NCBI RefSeq assembly: GCF_004010195.1 | Contig: NC_057719.1 | Location: 40,747,273-40,769,585, forward strand | Direction: 5' to 3' | DNA: 22,313 nt | Source: Chiloscyllium plagiosum | Taxonomy: Eukaryota | Shown here: one piece after another, positions 1-9,732 of the stretch | Numbering within the stretch: position 1 is the first letter of the stretch | Layout: the number at the start of each line of letters is the position of its first letter | Notes under the pieces: model-generated | Databases searched by the model: none | Seen by the model: only the letters and a program-made list of their open reading frames with translations | What the model was told of the DNA's origin: nothing | Program-made: the position numbers and the translations under genes

Positions 1-118
1 GGGCCAAGTGCTGGAAAATTGGATTCAAATAGGTAGGTGATTGTTTTTGATTGACAATGACACAATGCCCCAAAGGTCCTTCTTCTGTGCTGTAGATATC
101 AATAACTCTCTGACTCTG
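1..118 (+). mobile_element. 3' tail of a CR1-clade LINE (runs off the window start)
   Basis: GGGCCAAGTGCTGGAAAATTGG...GCCCCAAAGGTCCTTCTTCTGTGCTGTAG...ACTCTCTGACTCT parallels the CR1 3' end at 10650-10745 (GGCCAAACACAGGTAATGG...GAAGGGTCTGTTTCTGTGCTG...ACTC) and ends in short GACTCT-type terminal repeats. Confidence 0.75.
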
Positions 119-220
119 TGATTGTTGATAGCTGACTAATCAGACTATGGTGAATTAAACAGTGCCTGATGGTACTGATGCATTTGGTGGGATACAGTAT
201 TTGGCAATGTATTCACTGAC

Positions 221-420
221 CTCGACGACCTGTGTGAAGCCATTGGTTTTCTTGTGACACTACGACCGGGTCCTTAGGCTTGACTCCTGGGATTGGGCTC
301 CATGGCTATTTGTTCCCACCATCTCCTGAGGGTGTTTCTGGAGGTTCTCTTAGATTCCTGTGCTTACAGAACATCACTCCTCCTCCTCTCCACCACCTCC
401 ACCAGAGCTTCCTGTGCAAT
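221..420 (-). pseudogene. Decayed exon encoding a Myb/SANT-like (trihelix) DNA-binding domain of the PIF/Harbinger accessory-protein type
   Basis: Manual minus-strand translation from 420: IAQEALVEVVERRRSDVL*AQESKRTSRNTLRRWWEQIAMEPNPRSQA-(1 nt frameshift)-RTRS*CHKKTNGFTQVVE, followed by a GTCAGT donor-like site at 220-215. Fits the family pattern L.LV..V..RR.VL...W..IA..VN....RT..QC.KK.NDL. Confidence 0.75.
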
Positions 421-421
421 A

Positions 422-538
422 GGAGAAAGTGAGGAATGCCACAGTCAAAACGTGAGGCACTGGAAAAGCACAACAAGTCAAGCAGCATCCAAGGAGTAGG
501 AGAGTTGACGTTTTGGGGCATAAGCCCTTCATTAGGAG
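422..538 (-). repeat. Inverted copy of the Penelope-like element 3' tail (inverted pseudo-LTR)
   Basis: Its reverse complement (CTCCTAATGAAGGGCTTATGCCCCAAAACGTCAACTCTCCTACTCCTTGGATGCTGCTTGACTTGTTGTGCTTTTCCA) aligns directly with 1366-1441 (TTCCTGATGAAGGGCTTATGCTCGAAACGTCGACCTCCTGCTCCTTGGATGCTGCCTGGCCTGCTGTGCTTTTCCA). Confidence 0.9.
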
Positions 539-1458
539 TATTAGGATGGGGGTGTGCACGATTCTCACCTTCCACCTCACTCATCTCGAGATACAGTGCA
601 TTATCCTCCACCATGTCTGCCATCTACAATCAGACCCCACTACCAGAGATATATTTCCCTCCCAATCATTACCTGTGTTCCACAGATACCATTCCCTACA
701 TGACTCACTTGTTAGGTCCATACCCCCCCCACCAACCCACCTACCACTCCCGGAACCTTCCCTTCCTGCCGCAAGAGGTGTAAACTCTGTGCTCTCACCT
801 CTGTCCAAGGCCCCAAAGGATCCTTCCACATCTGAGAGATTTTCCAGAACATCAGAACACCTCATCTCCTGTGTCCGTTGCTCTTGATGTTCTCTGCTCT
901 GCACTTAGGAGACAGGACACCAACATGCGGAATGTTTCAAGGAACATCTCTGGGACACATGTACCAAACAGCCCCATCGCCCTGTGCACAACCACTTCAA
1001 CACCCTCTCCCACTCTGCCAAGGGCATGCAAGTCCTGGGCTTCCTCTACCACCAAATCCAAGCCACTTGACTACTGGAGGAAGAACGCCTCGTCTTCCAC
1101 CTTGGGACCCTTCAACCACATGGCATCAATGTCAACTTCACCAGTTTCCTAATGTCCCCTCCCCCCCACCTCATCCCAGATCCAACCCTCCAACTCGGCA
1201 TTGCCCTCTTGACCTGTCCTATCAGTCCGTCTTCCTTCCCACCTATCGGCTCCACCCTCTCCTCAGACCTTTCACTATCACCCCCCACTTGCATCTAACT
1301 AACGCCTTCCCAGCTACTTCCCACACTCCTATTTATCTCTCAGCTTCCTTCCCTACGCCCCTACATTCCTGATGAAGGGCTTATGCTCGAAACGTCGACC
1401 TCCTGCTCCTTGGATGCTGCCTGGCCTGCTGTGCTTTTCCATCACCACACTCTTCGAC
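539..1458 (+). mobile_element. 5'-truncated Penelope-like retrotransposon: degenerate linker plus GIY-YIG endonuclease, pyrimidine-rich 3' region and tail
   Basis: Frameshifted peptide pieces LTFHLTHLEIQCIILHHVCHLQSDPTTRDIFPSQSLPVFHRYHSLHDSLVRS, then CRKRCKLC (zinc-finger-like), SVQGPKGSFHI, TSEHLISCVRCS, and terminal LEEERLVFHLGTLQPHGINVNF (~1073-1140), typical of the PLE C-terminus. Multiple stops and frameshifts. Confidence 0.88.
1365..1400 (+). ncRNA. Putative minimal type I hammerhead ribozyme in the PLE tail
   Basis: CTGATGA (1369-1375), extra A, stem II GGGC/GCTC around a TTAT loop (1377-1388), GAAA (1389-1392), ACGT palindrome and GTC cleavage triplet (1394-1396); helix I has only 2 bp here. 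PLE tails are known to carry minimal hammerheads. Confidence 0.6.
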
Positions 1459-1789
1459 CTCTTGGGCATTTCTATCATGTTGTGCCATTCTTCAATATTT
1501 GCCAGGACAGGTCACTTCCTGCCCGACAATCACAACACGTCTCCTCTTTAAGAGGTGCAGTCTATCTTTAAACTGTGCAAACTCACTTTAAGTGATTCTA
1601 GGCATTCACCCTGTTGACTGCCGACGCAGCCCACCAATCAATAGTTGTTAGCACTGGCTGAATGATGGAATAATTCAAATGAGTTGGCAGCACCAAATTG
1701 GCATGCTGCCTACCTTTCTGTCAGTGGGCACGGAATAATTGAGCATCACAATCCCGACCTCCATTTTCAGGAGCTATCCAATTTAGCCC
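1459..1789 (-). mobile_element. 5' end of the Harbinger-like element whose Myb/SANT gene is interrupted by the PLE
   Basis: Minus-strand ATG at 1488 reads MAQHDRN then A-P-R with a 1 nt deletion, right up to the PLE edge, supplying the missing N-terminus of the 221-420 domain. Candidate terminus GGGCTAAATTGG starts at 1789 (G-rich Harbinger-like end). The boundary is tentative. Confidence 0.5.
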
Positions 1790-3399
1790 TGGTTGAGTTG
1801 ACAGTCACAATATCACACCTGCAGATCTCCAAAACTAATGCCGACTGCCAAACTTTCATCTGATATATATACTGCACTTATTACCCAGAGAAAATCGCAT
1901 TCTCGGCAGGGAAGTCTTGTTTATACAAAGCTATTTTGGAGATATCCATGCTTTAAAGCTATGCTCTAAACATTTTGCAGACATTAATTAGGGATATAGA
2001 TGTAGTAGACTAAAGAGAAATTGGATATAGAAAACATTGTTCAAGGGTAGCTGAGATGAGACATATTCACTTCTGCATTAGGGAATAAACTTCTGAGGCT
2101 GATGACATTAAGTTATGTTTTCTGGGGCAAAATTAAATGTTAAGGTATTCCAAAACCTTCCAACAAGACACTAGGACTGAAAGATGGTACTAAATTCTGT
2201 CAAGCTGCTGAAATCTTAAAATAACCACAGGCTACAAAAATGATAGGAATAGCTCATCAGAATCATCTGGAGGGTTTCTAATAATATGTTAATGTCACTT
2301 GAGCATCATCCATGGCTTTGTGTAATTTAAACTCTTTCATTGAGCTGCTTCCTCATAATAACATTCTTTGTAACATGTGGCTTTTAGGGTACAAAATTGT
2401 ATTGTTGTTGAGGTGCACTAATTTAGGTAGAGAGATTGGAATATGAAATGAGTGAATTGCAAAATTGTTATATATAAAGCTCATCTCAGCATTGGAAATA
2501 CATATTAATGAACACTTCATAATATCTCCTTATGCTGGAGGCTGTGCCAATTTAGCAGAACAGGCAAATACACACAAGTTAATTCCATCAGAGGTTTATA
2601 TTTGATAAGAATTTTTCAAATCAGTGCACACATTCACTGGTCTACTCATTCGCTCTCAAAATGTACATGTTCTTTATAAATACTATATGTGTAGATTTGA
2701 GCAAGGGCTTTGGATGACAGCTGATGTGATGATATACTGAGGCTCTTTAATGTCTCACTGTCAACAAGGTTTCAATATAGATGGATACATTTTCTGGGGA
2801 AGTGCCAACATAATTGTAATTAATTCTGTTAAGTACTTCAAACTAATTTCTCTTACCATGCAACACAGGAACTGGAACAGAATCTATCTTTTTTATTATT
2901 AAGTGTCATCCTTATATGTTGATTGATATGAAACATTATGGGAGATTTTCTTCTTCAAAGTAGAGAATTGTGTACTCTTAGCCTGTCATTTCTCATTTAT
3001 TAAAATGAATTAACAGAAAGCCATAGGCTTGTCCAGCATGCACTGGGGGGAGGGAATGAGTAACAAAAGATGGCCTTTTGTAGTTAAAAGCCAGAATTTC
3101 CTCTTTTGTAATTAAAGTCTAGCCTCTCTACAAGTATTATTTACAAGATTTATAGTTTCTCTAACAACACCCAGCAATTTAATTAAAACAATCTCTGTCT
3201 TCTATCTCACTTTGTTTAGCACTTCTCACTAAATCTTGTATGTTAACAAATTATTCTCTGTTCGCTAGTATTTAATGTTCATGTCAGTAACTGAGATCTT
3301 TGCTAATGACATGGGTACACTGATGGTGACTGATTATCTCCCCCTCCTCCTCCTCAAGCCCTACTCTCCAATTCTCTCAATGCAGATTCCTTGAAACCT

Positions 3400-3586
3400 T
3401 CTTGTGTTGAAGGAGACCATTTGGCCCATCATGGATTGTTGAGTCTTTGGTTGAGTTATCCAACTAAATCCACTCAGCTGCTCTTACCCTTGCTCTGCAA
3501 TGATGTCCCTGCAAGTATTTATCCAATTTAACTTCGCAAGTTATTATTAAACCTGCTTCCAGCATCCTCAAACAGAATTCCAGATC
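3400..3586 (-). mobile_element. Old CR1 LINE 3'-end fragment
   Basis: GAAGGAGACCATTTGGCCCATC...GCAAGTATTTATCCAATT...CTGCTTCCAGC...ATTCCAGATC resembles the reverse complement of a CR1 3' tail and ORF2 end (recognised from memory of the family pattern; heavily decayed). Confidence 0.6.
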
Positions 3587-4581
3587 AGTCTTATAAGGTA
3601 CAAATACACATCATTTCAGATATTTAAAAATGCCACATTCAGAACACGGGAGCCTAGCCAACTATCATTAACTGTAATTTAAAAGTCACTTATTTTCCAC
3701 TTTCATAAATTTTGTGAGCTACTTTTCCATCCCCAACCACAGATACCCTGGCACTCCGTTTGAATTCCTGCCCATTTCATAGGCTTTCATCCCTGATGAT
3801 CTAAGCATGACCACCCTTGCTTTCCTGGCTAAGTTCAGTTGTTCCACATGCAGGTCTGCTCTGGAATAGTTTCCACATTTGCAATGCTGGGTTTGTAGGA
3901 TATCCACCAAGATCTTCTGATAGCACAAATAAAAATTGTATGTGTCTGAAACTACACTTTGCCAGGGTATGAAATATTCTGCTTCCATGTGCTGCAACCA
4001 AATAAGGAGGGGTGAATCAGCCCACCCCCACCCTTTCTATTCCAGTGCCTTGATTGCCTTCAATAAATGCCTTTCACTCCTTTCTAACATATAGCTACAT
4101 CACACTTCAATTAAAACACTGTTTACCAGTTCAAAATGAAAGGGTCAATTACAGGTTGAAAACTAATAAAATACATCCCATATATACCCATCCAGGTATA
4201 ATAATTAAAAAGGGGAGAGGGTCTGTTATAAAAAGGAAGATCAACAATATATAATATTTAAAAAGAAAGGCTGAAAATAAAAACAGGGAAAGAGAGCAAT
4301 TTTTCAGATTTGCTGTTACACATCCATCATTGTTCTCTGCTGTGCCCAAATGCATTTTATTTAAAATACAGATTCTTTGTGTATTCCTTTGTCAGGCTTC
4401 TTTTTTTTCAAATTGGACAACTTGCAAGTGTCTTTCATCCCAATATGTGAAACTTCCGCAAAAGTGCAATTTAAACATTAGTTACAAATTTGAGGAACTG
4501 GTGTCATTCATTCTGATGGCTCATTAATTTCAGTTCAGACTGATAGTGCTGCAATCAGTCCCCTAACTAATGTTGCCAATT

Positions 4582-5652
4582 TGTTAGGATTCCCCCAAAT
4601 GGGATACCCCCAAATAATTATACTTCCATTTGAGGATGGATTTACTGTTTCCCCTTCTTCATTTAAACACTTCCTTGGTTAATCTCAACACGGTTAATCT
4701 GAAAAGGATCCCTTCCAATGTGGTTAGATTTACCTAGCCCAAATGTATTTATATTTCAAAAAGGAGTCAATTTACCATTCTTGCTTGAAGAAAGAATGAG
4801 TTTATTAAATAATTTATCAGCTACTAAAACACAAAGAAAGATAACAAATGTGACACACAGATTAGAAATGAGAGGTAAGGACAAAAAGTAAAAGTGAGAA
4901 AAACAATCAGTCTGGCTTGTTTGTGACAAATGGATTTTAAAATGGTGTGCCTTTAAGGTGCTGCTAATATTGGCAGTTGAGTAGTTGTTTGGAGATTCTT
5001 GGTTCTGTAGTTCACTGAAAAGTTTAGTTTCCTTCAACAGTGGTTGTGCTGACTTGATTAGTTTTCAGCAATCAGGGAGGGAGAGAGAGAGAGAGACTAT
5101 TTCTCTTTTGCTGCACATGCTGCTAGTGGTGCCTACTCCCAAGTTTTCAGCTGTGATTCATCAGCATGGTTGAACTCAAACCCCAATCTAGCACATCAGT
5201 AGTCTAGAACACTGAGACGAGGGGTTACAACTGCTTTTAACTCCTCACACTTTCTTGTGTTTTGCTGGAACGGTAAAGCACAAGCATAACTTTGACCCAG
5301 ACCTGTTCTTTTTTCAACCCATATCGTGTTCACAGTTTGGGACACAATCCACAGATGTTTTCTGCTGAGAGGGGTTAACCTCATTGTTTCTGTAACCAGG
5401 GATTATCACTGTTTAGTTTATTAAATGGCTTCTCTCCCTTTGAAGTGTTTTTGTCTGAAGTTTTCCTGACTCACTTCAGTTGCAACATTCCATGATTCCT
5501 CTCAGGACTTTTTTTGATCCACACAGGAATTTTCTCAGACAGCCGTTAGGTTTACATCATTTTGCTGGTATGTCTTTTTGTTTAAAAAAATGCTGTATTA
5601 AAAGTTCAATACATCCATAAATACTTCCATGATATGAATTGTTGTCATGACT
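4582..5652 (-). mobile_element. Possible decayed solo LTR or LTR-like repeat
   Basis: A ~1.07 kb block starting TGTTAGGA and ending TCATGAC(T) (imperfect TG..CA terminal inverted repeat), with minus-strand AATAAA at ~4801-4806 and an internal GA microsatellite. No TSD found. Confidence 0.3.
5074..5096. repeat. (GGGA)/(GA)n microsatellite
   Basis: AGGGAGGGAGAGAGAGAGAGAGA read directly. Confidence 0.85.
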
Positions 5653-6534
5653 ATGGTTTCATGAAATGGTTCACTCTGTGGTTAGGTGATCAGTGCTGAC
5701 ATCTTGAGTCAATGTTTTTACATTTTTATGTACAGTTTAGTCTATGAAATGTCCAAGGTATTAAAATCATATAATGGAAATCAAAAATTCATTGTCCATT
5801 TTTATCACTATCATAACTTACAACAGAGCAATCAAGAATTAAAGAAAAGTGTGAAAACTCAGATCATCTCAAGTGTCTGGTGGATGCATGGCAAAAGATA
5901 GAAAGTCAAATGGAAATAAAAACACATTTTGAATCAAGAAATGTAAAAGAAAATAAAAAGAGACTTTAAAAACAAAGGATAAGGAAGGTAATAAAGTGAA
6001 AATAAAGATTAATGAAGAGAACATATAGAATGAGTTATAACTTCTTGCTGATTCAAGATTAGAAATTTGATTCATTTGCTTTATGCCTAAACCGTCAACA
6101 TTTGGAAAATAAAATCCTTGACTGACAATTATTAATTTCACAGAGAACACACTGATGATTATTTTTCAGTCTTACCCGACACATCCAATCCAACAGTAGC
6201 CAGTCCAGTGTCAACATTCCAGTGTGATATCAAGTAACAATTCAGATAGCTGATCATCTTGCTTGTATGGCTCAGTACCACAGCATTTGTCACATGTATG
6301 CACTAAATTACTCAGCAAACTGGGACTTCAGTGTTTATGAAGAATAATTCTGCATCAAGTGTCGCTGATCACATGATACCTAATGAGTATTTGATCTTAT
6401 TACAGTAGATTTTCAGTAGTTACACTTCATCTCTGTTGACTTAAACCAGTTTGCCTTCAGAAATTAATACCCGTGTACAGGTAACATCTGGAAAATAAAA
6501 AAACTTTAAAGTTGACAAATATGGAAACGTTAAC

Positions 6535-6660
6535 ATTGTGGCAGTATTTCAGGACCAGTCATTCAGAGACACAGGCTGGATACTGGGATGCAAATTCATA
6601 TCCCATCATGACTGCTGGAGAAATAGAAATGTAATTGATAAATATGGAATTGAAAAGGCT
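6535..6660 (+). mobile_element. Degenerate 5' part of an old tRNA-derived SINE (SacSINE1/Deu-SINE-like)
   Basis: GTGGCAGT...GGACCAGTCATTCAGAGACACAGGCT...TTCATATCCCATCATGACTGCTGG...ATAAATATGGAATTGAAA resembles the recalled shark SINE head (GGACTAGTAATCCAGAG..CAGGCT...TTCAAATCCCACCATGGCAGCTGG...ATAAATCTGGAATTGAAA). Confidence 0.5.
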
Positions 6661-6823
6661 GACTTGGAACTGTATTGATATTCCTTTACTGTCACTGCAT
6701 CAAAAACCTGGAATTGTCTCCTCAAAAACACTGTAGGAGCACTCAGTGGCTCAAGGGCAGCTTGGGATGAACAACAGATGCTACGCAGCAAGTGACCGTC
6801 ATATCCCACTAAAAATATAAAAA
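6659..6823 (+). mobile_element. Degenerate LINE 3' end (CR1/L2-group), same family as 13766-13931
   Basis: TCAAAAACCTGGAATT...CTCAAGGGCAGCTTGGGATG...ATGCT...CATATCCCA followed by an A-rich end; internally similar to 13766-13931. Confidence 0.55.
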
Positions 6824-7527
6824 GCTTCAGAAGCTTGTATAGATTTTACTTTGTGTTTTACTGAGATTATGAAAATTGATAAACATTTTCTTTAGGCAGC
6901 TTAGAGCAAAGTGAGCTGTATGAATACATTTCTTTACTCTTTGTTATTGAGAGTAATAGTCTTTTTTGCATGAGTCTTGTTCAATAGCTAAGATGTGTGG
7001 TTAGTTTTTAGAGCTGAGGTCTTAAAATAGAGTGGGCTGATGTTTACTTCCACTTTGTACAACTTTGCCTCAAGCTGGTGAGATAGGGATGAATAATTTT
7101 TAAAGAACCTAATGCTGTCCATGACTATTGTTCAGCAAATACTGGTAATGGCAAGATTTATTCATCATTGTAAGTGAAAAGTTTCATTCATTTGTCCGTT
7201 TTTTACCAGCTTAGGATGACTAGCAACTTTGGGCCAATGGTAGCTAAAGCTCTTCATCACTGGAGGTTTTCTCATGTGGATCTGTTATGGATAAAATGAT
7301 AGAGATTCATTGTCATGACTGGCCATCAATTTTATTATTCTTGTACTTTGTGAGCAGCAGAATGGTAGAAGGTGATTTAGATAGATTTTGTTTTTCTTCT
7401 TTCTTGTAATCTCTATATTCTTATTTTGTTTCTTTTCACAATGCTGCAGTATTGACATATTACTGTAAAACACCACAGAAATTACAGATTTTTACCACAT
7501 CTCAATCAACATTGTTAGATTCTAATG

Positions 7528-7587
7528 CTGAACTGAAATAAAAGAACTGAAACTAAAATAAAGAACTAAACTAAAACTGAAAGAAAC
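7528..7587. repeat. Degenerate A-rich tandem repeat (AACTGAAA/AACTAAAA units)
   Basis: CTGAACTGAAATAAAAGAACTGAAACTAAAATAAAGAACTAAACTAAAACTGAAAGAAAC read directly. Confidence 0.7.
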
Positions 7588-8204
7588 ATTGACATATTAA
7601 AAGTAATAGAACTTTTAATACAAATGCACAGATTGATAAACATGGATGACATATTGTAAGACAATGATGATTAAAACATAGCTGTTACATATGCATCAGT
7701 CCATTATTGTAGGCCTCTCATTCACCCTAATTTTAAATATGGCATGTCTTATTTATACTTGTCATTAGCAAATATAAATGTAAAATATTCCCTCAATAAT
7801 ATGTTTTCTGTAAGTTCTCATTAACTACATAGAGAAGGTATTGTTTTCATTATATAGTCAAAAGCCACATTTTGAAGTAACATGTCACACCAGTGCTGTT
7901 TTAAATTGATGAGTGCTCATTCTGGCTGGAAAACGAATGAGTAATATATGTACTTTCTAATTAAATTGATTCAAATTAATGCACAGAGCAAGAGGTTACT
8001 TTGTTCAACCAATAAGTTTAGAGATGAGAAAATATCAGCATTATAATAATGTGAAAAGCAATATAAAATTATGGAAATTGTGAACAATTGTTTTGAACTG
8101 AGGAATCTTTGAGGACAGTATAAAGTTTTAGTTCTAGCAAGAAGCAGCAATGGAAATGTATGTCAAGTGGAATTTGAAATACAGCCTGTTCTACAGGTGT
8201 CTTT

Positions 8205-8967
8205 GGCTATGGCGATGGCAGAGCCTGAAGCATGGACTTGGCTGTGGTGGAGGTGGTGCCCAGACCGAGGTCTTCTGACTGCGGGACCTTGCAGAGACAT
8301 TGCAAAAGCCCTGTACTTGTGTTTGTAGACTCCTTGATCATAGCTCTATTTATGTAATTTCATTTTTATTCCTTTTGTAGTCTGGAGGCTAGGTGCTGAC
8401 ATGCACTAAGGTGGAAGGACTGTAATTCTGAACTTTTTAATTCCTTTATTTTTCTATTTTATTCTCATGATTTTGTATTTTTCTAATTACACAGTGGCAC
8501 AGTGGCTTAGTAGTTAGCACTGCTGCCTCACAGCACAAGGGACCCGGGTTTGATTGCAGTCTCGGGCGACTATCTGTGTGGAGTTTGCACATACTCCCTG
8601 TGTCTGCGTCGGTTTCCTCCGGGGTGCTCCGGTTTCCACCCACAACCCATTCATGTGCAGGTTAGGTGAACTGGCCATGCTAAATTGCCCATAGTGTTCA
8701 GGGATGTGTTGTTTAGGGGCATTAGTCAGGTGTAAATATAGGATAATAGAGTAGGGGAATGGGTCTGTGTGGGTTACTCTTCGGAGGGTCATTGTGGACT
8801 AGTTGGGCCGAAGGGCCTGTTTCCACACTGTAGGGATTCTATTCTATTATTCCTAAGAATCTGTAGCTTAGTACCTCATACCTAAAATGGCACCGTAAGT
8901 AGTGACTTGTAAACGTTTCACTGTATCCATGTGAGTACGTGTGACAATAAAACTAATTCTAATTCTA
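8205..8967 (+). mobile_element. Unclassified non-coding retroposon, interrupted by the SINE at 8494-8848
   Basis: GC-richer 5' part from ~8205; after the SINE it ends TTTCACTGTA...GAGTACGTGTGACAATAAAA followed by (CTAATT)n terminal repeats, a LINE-type 3' end. The 5' boundary is approximate. Confidence 0.45.
8494..8848 (+). mobile_element. HE1-type tRNA-derived V-SINE, full length
   Basis: Pol III A-box TGGCTTAGTAG and B-box-like GGTTTGATTGC, central V-domain-like TGTGTGGAGTTTGCAC...GGTTTCCTCCGGGGTGCTCCGGTTTCC, CR1-like tail TTGGGCCGAAGGGCCTGTTTCC and (ATTCT)n end; homologous to 13404-13714 and 22156-22313. Confidence 0.92.
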
Positions 8968-9732
8968 CTAAGCATCTGTCCTTTTTTTCACAATCTGCCA
9001 GTCTCTGGTTGAAGAGGCATGAGTTGTTGCTGTGTCTGCTTCTCCTTCGCATGGAGGTTATTGGAAGAGGCAAAACTGACAATGTGTCTTATCCATCACC
9101 AGTTCTGCCTACAGTACCCGTGTAAACTGTATATGTGCTGGCTGTTAATTCAGGTTGTGGTATTAGTTTGGGACTTACTTAGATCATATATAGAGACTGA
9201 AAAAGGAACACTTCTTCTGTACAATTACATGGAATTTAATGTGGCAAATGGTTAAAGACAAGACACAGTCTTCTTTACTTCACCATTTAAGTGGCTAAAG
9301 TTTCCTGGCAGCTATTAATTGTTGTTTGGGAGAACAGGAATTCTGGAATATTTTCCCTTTTTCTATAATTGTAAGTGAACTTCAGCAAAACAGTTGGGTC
9401 CAAAATTAAACATCGGGTTGCTACTCTGAGAATCTGACTCGTTCCCCATTCTTCCCCAAACCCAGCTGCATGTTCCACAAATGCTGGAAATGTTTGGGCA
9501 TCAACTACATTTTTAAATTATCTATGGCCACTGATTTGTGATGGGGTCAGAGCTGCTTCAACCTGGTATCCAGAAGTGTAACTATATCAAAGCAAGTCCT
9601 GGGACCTTCATTGTGTAAGTGTAATTTAATATTTGTCTTTGTGCAGTTGCATGTTGATCAGAATAATTGCATTATTCTGTTTTATTGGAACTTTTTCAAA
9701 CCTCTGTGAATAAAAGCTGTGTCAATTATGAG

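Noticed and set aside
7528..7587. Repeat array as CRISPR-like or regulatory array
   Set aside because: Low-complexity degenerate A-rich tandem with no unique spacers; eukaryotic context and no cas genes.
8494..8565. tRNA-like sequence (also at ~13405-13470 and ~22160-22225)
   Set aside because: A/B boxes belong to SINE heads continuing into SINE body; no complete cloverleaf.
8446..8792. ORFs 8446..8643 and 8514..8792, and similar peptides at 13377..13606, as a small paralogous gene family
   Set aside because: They are translations of the non-coding HE1 SINE copies.
8985..9060. Possible host exon (pyrimidine tract, CAG ... GAG/GTTATT)
   Set aside because: Weak donor, no recognisable peptide and no partner exons.
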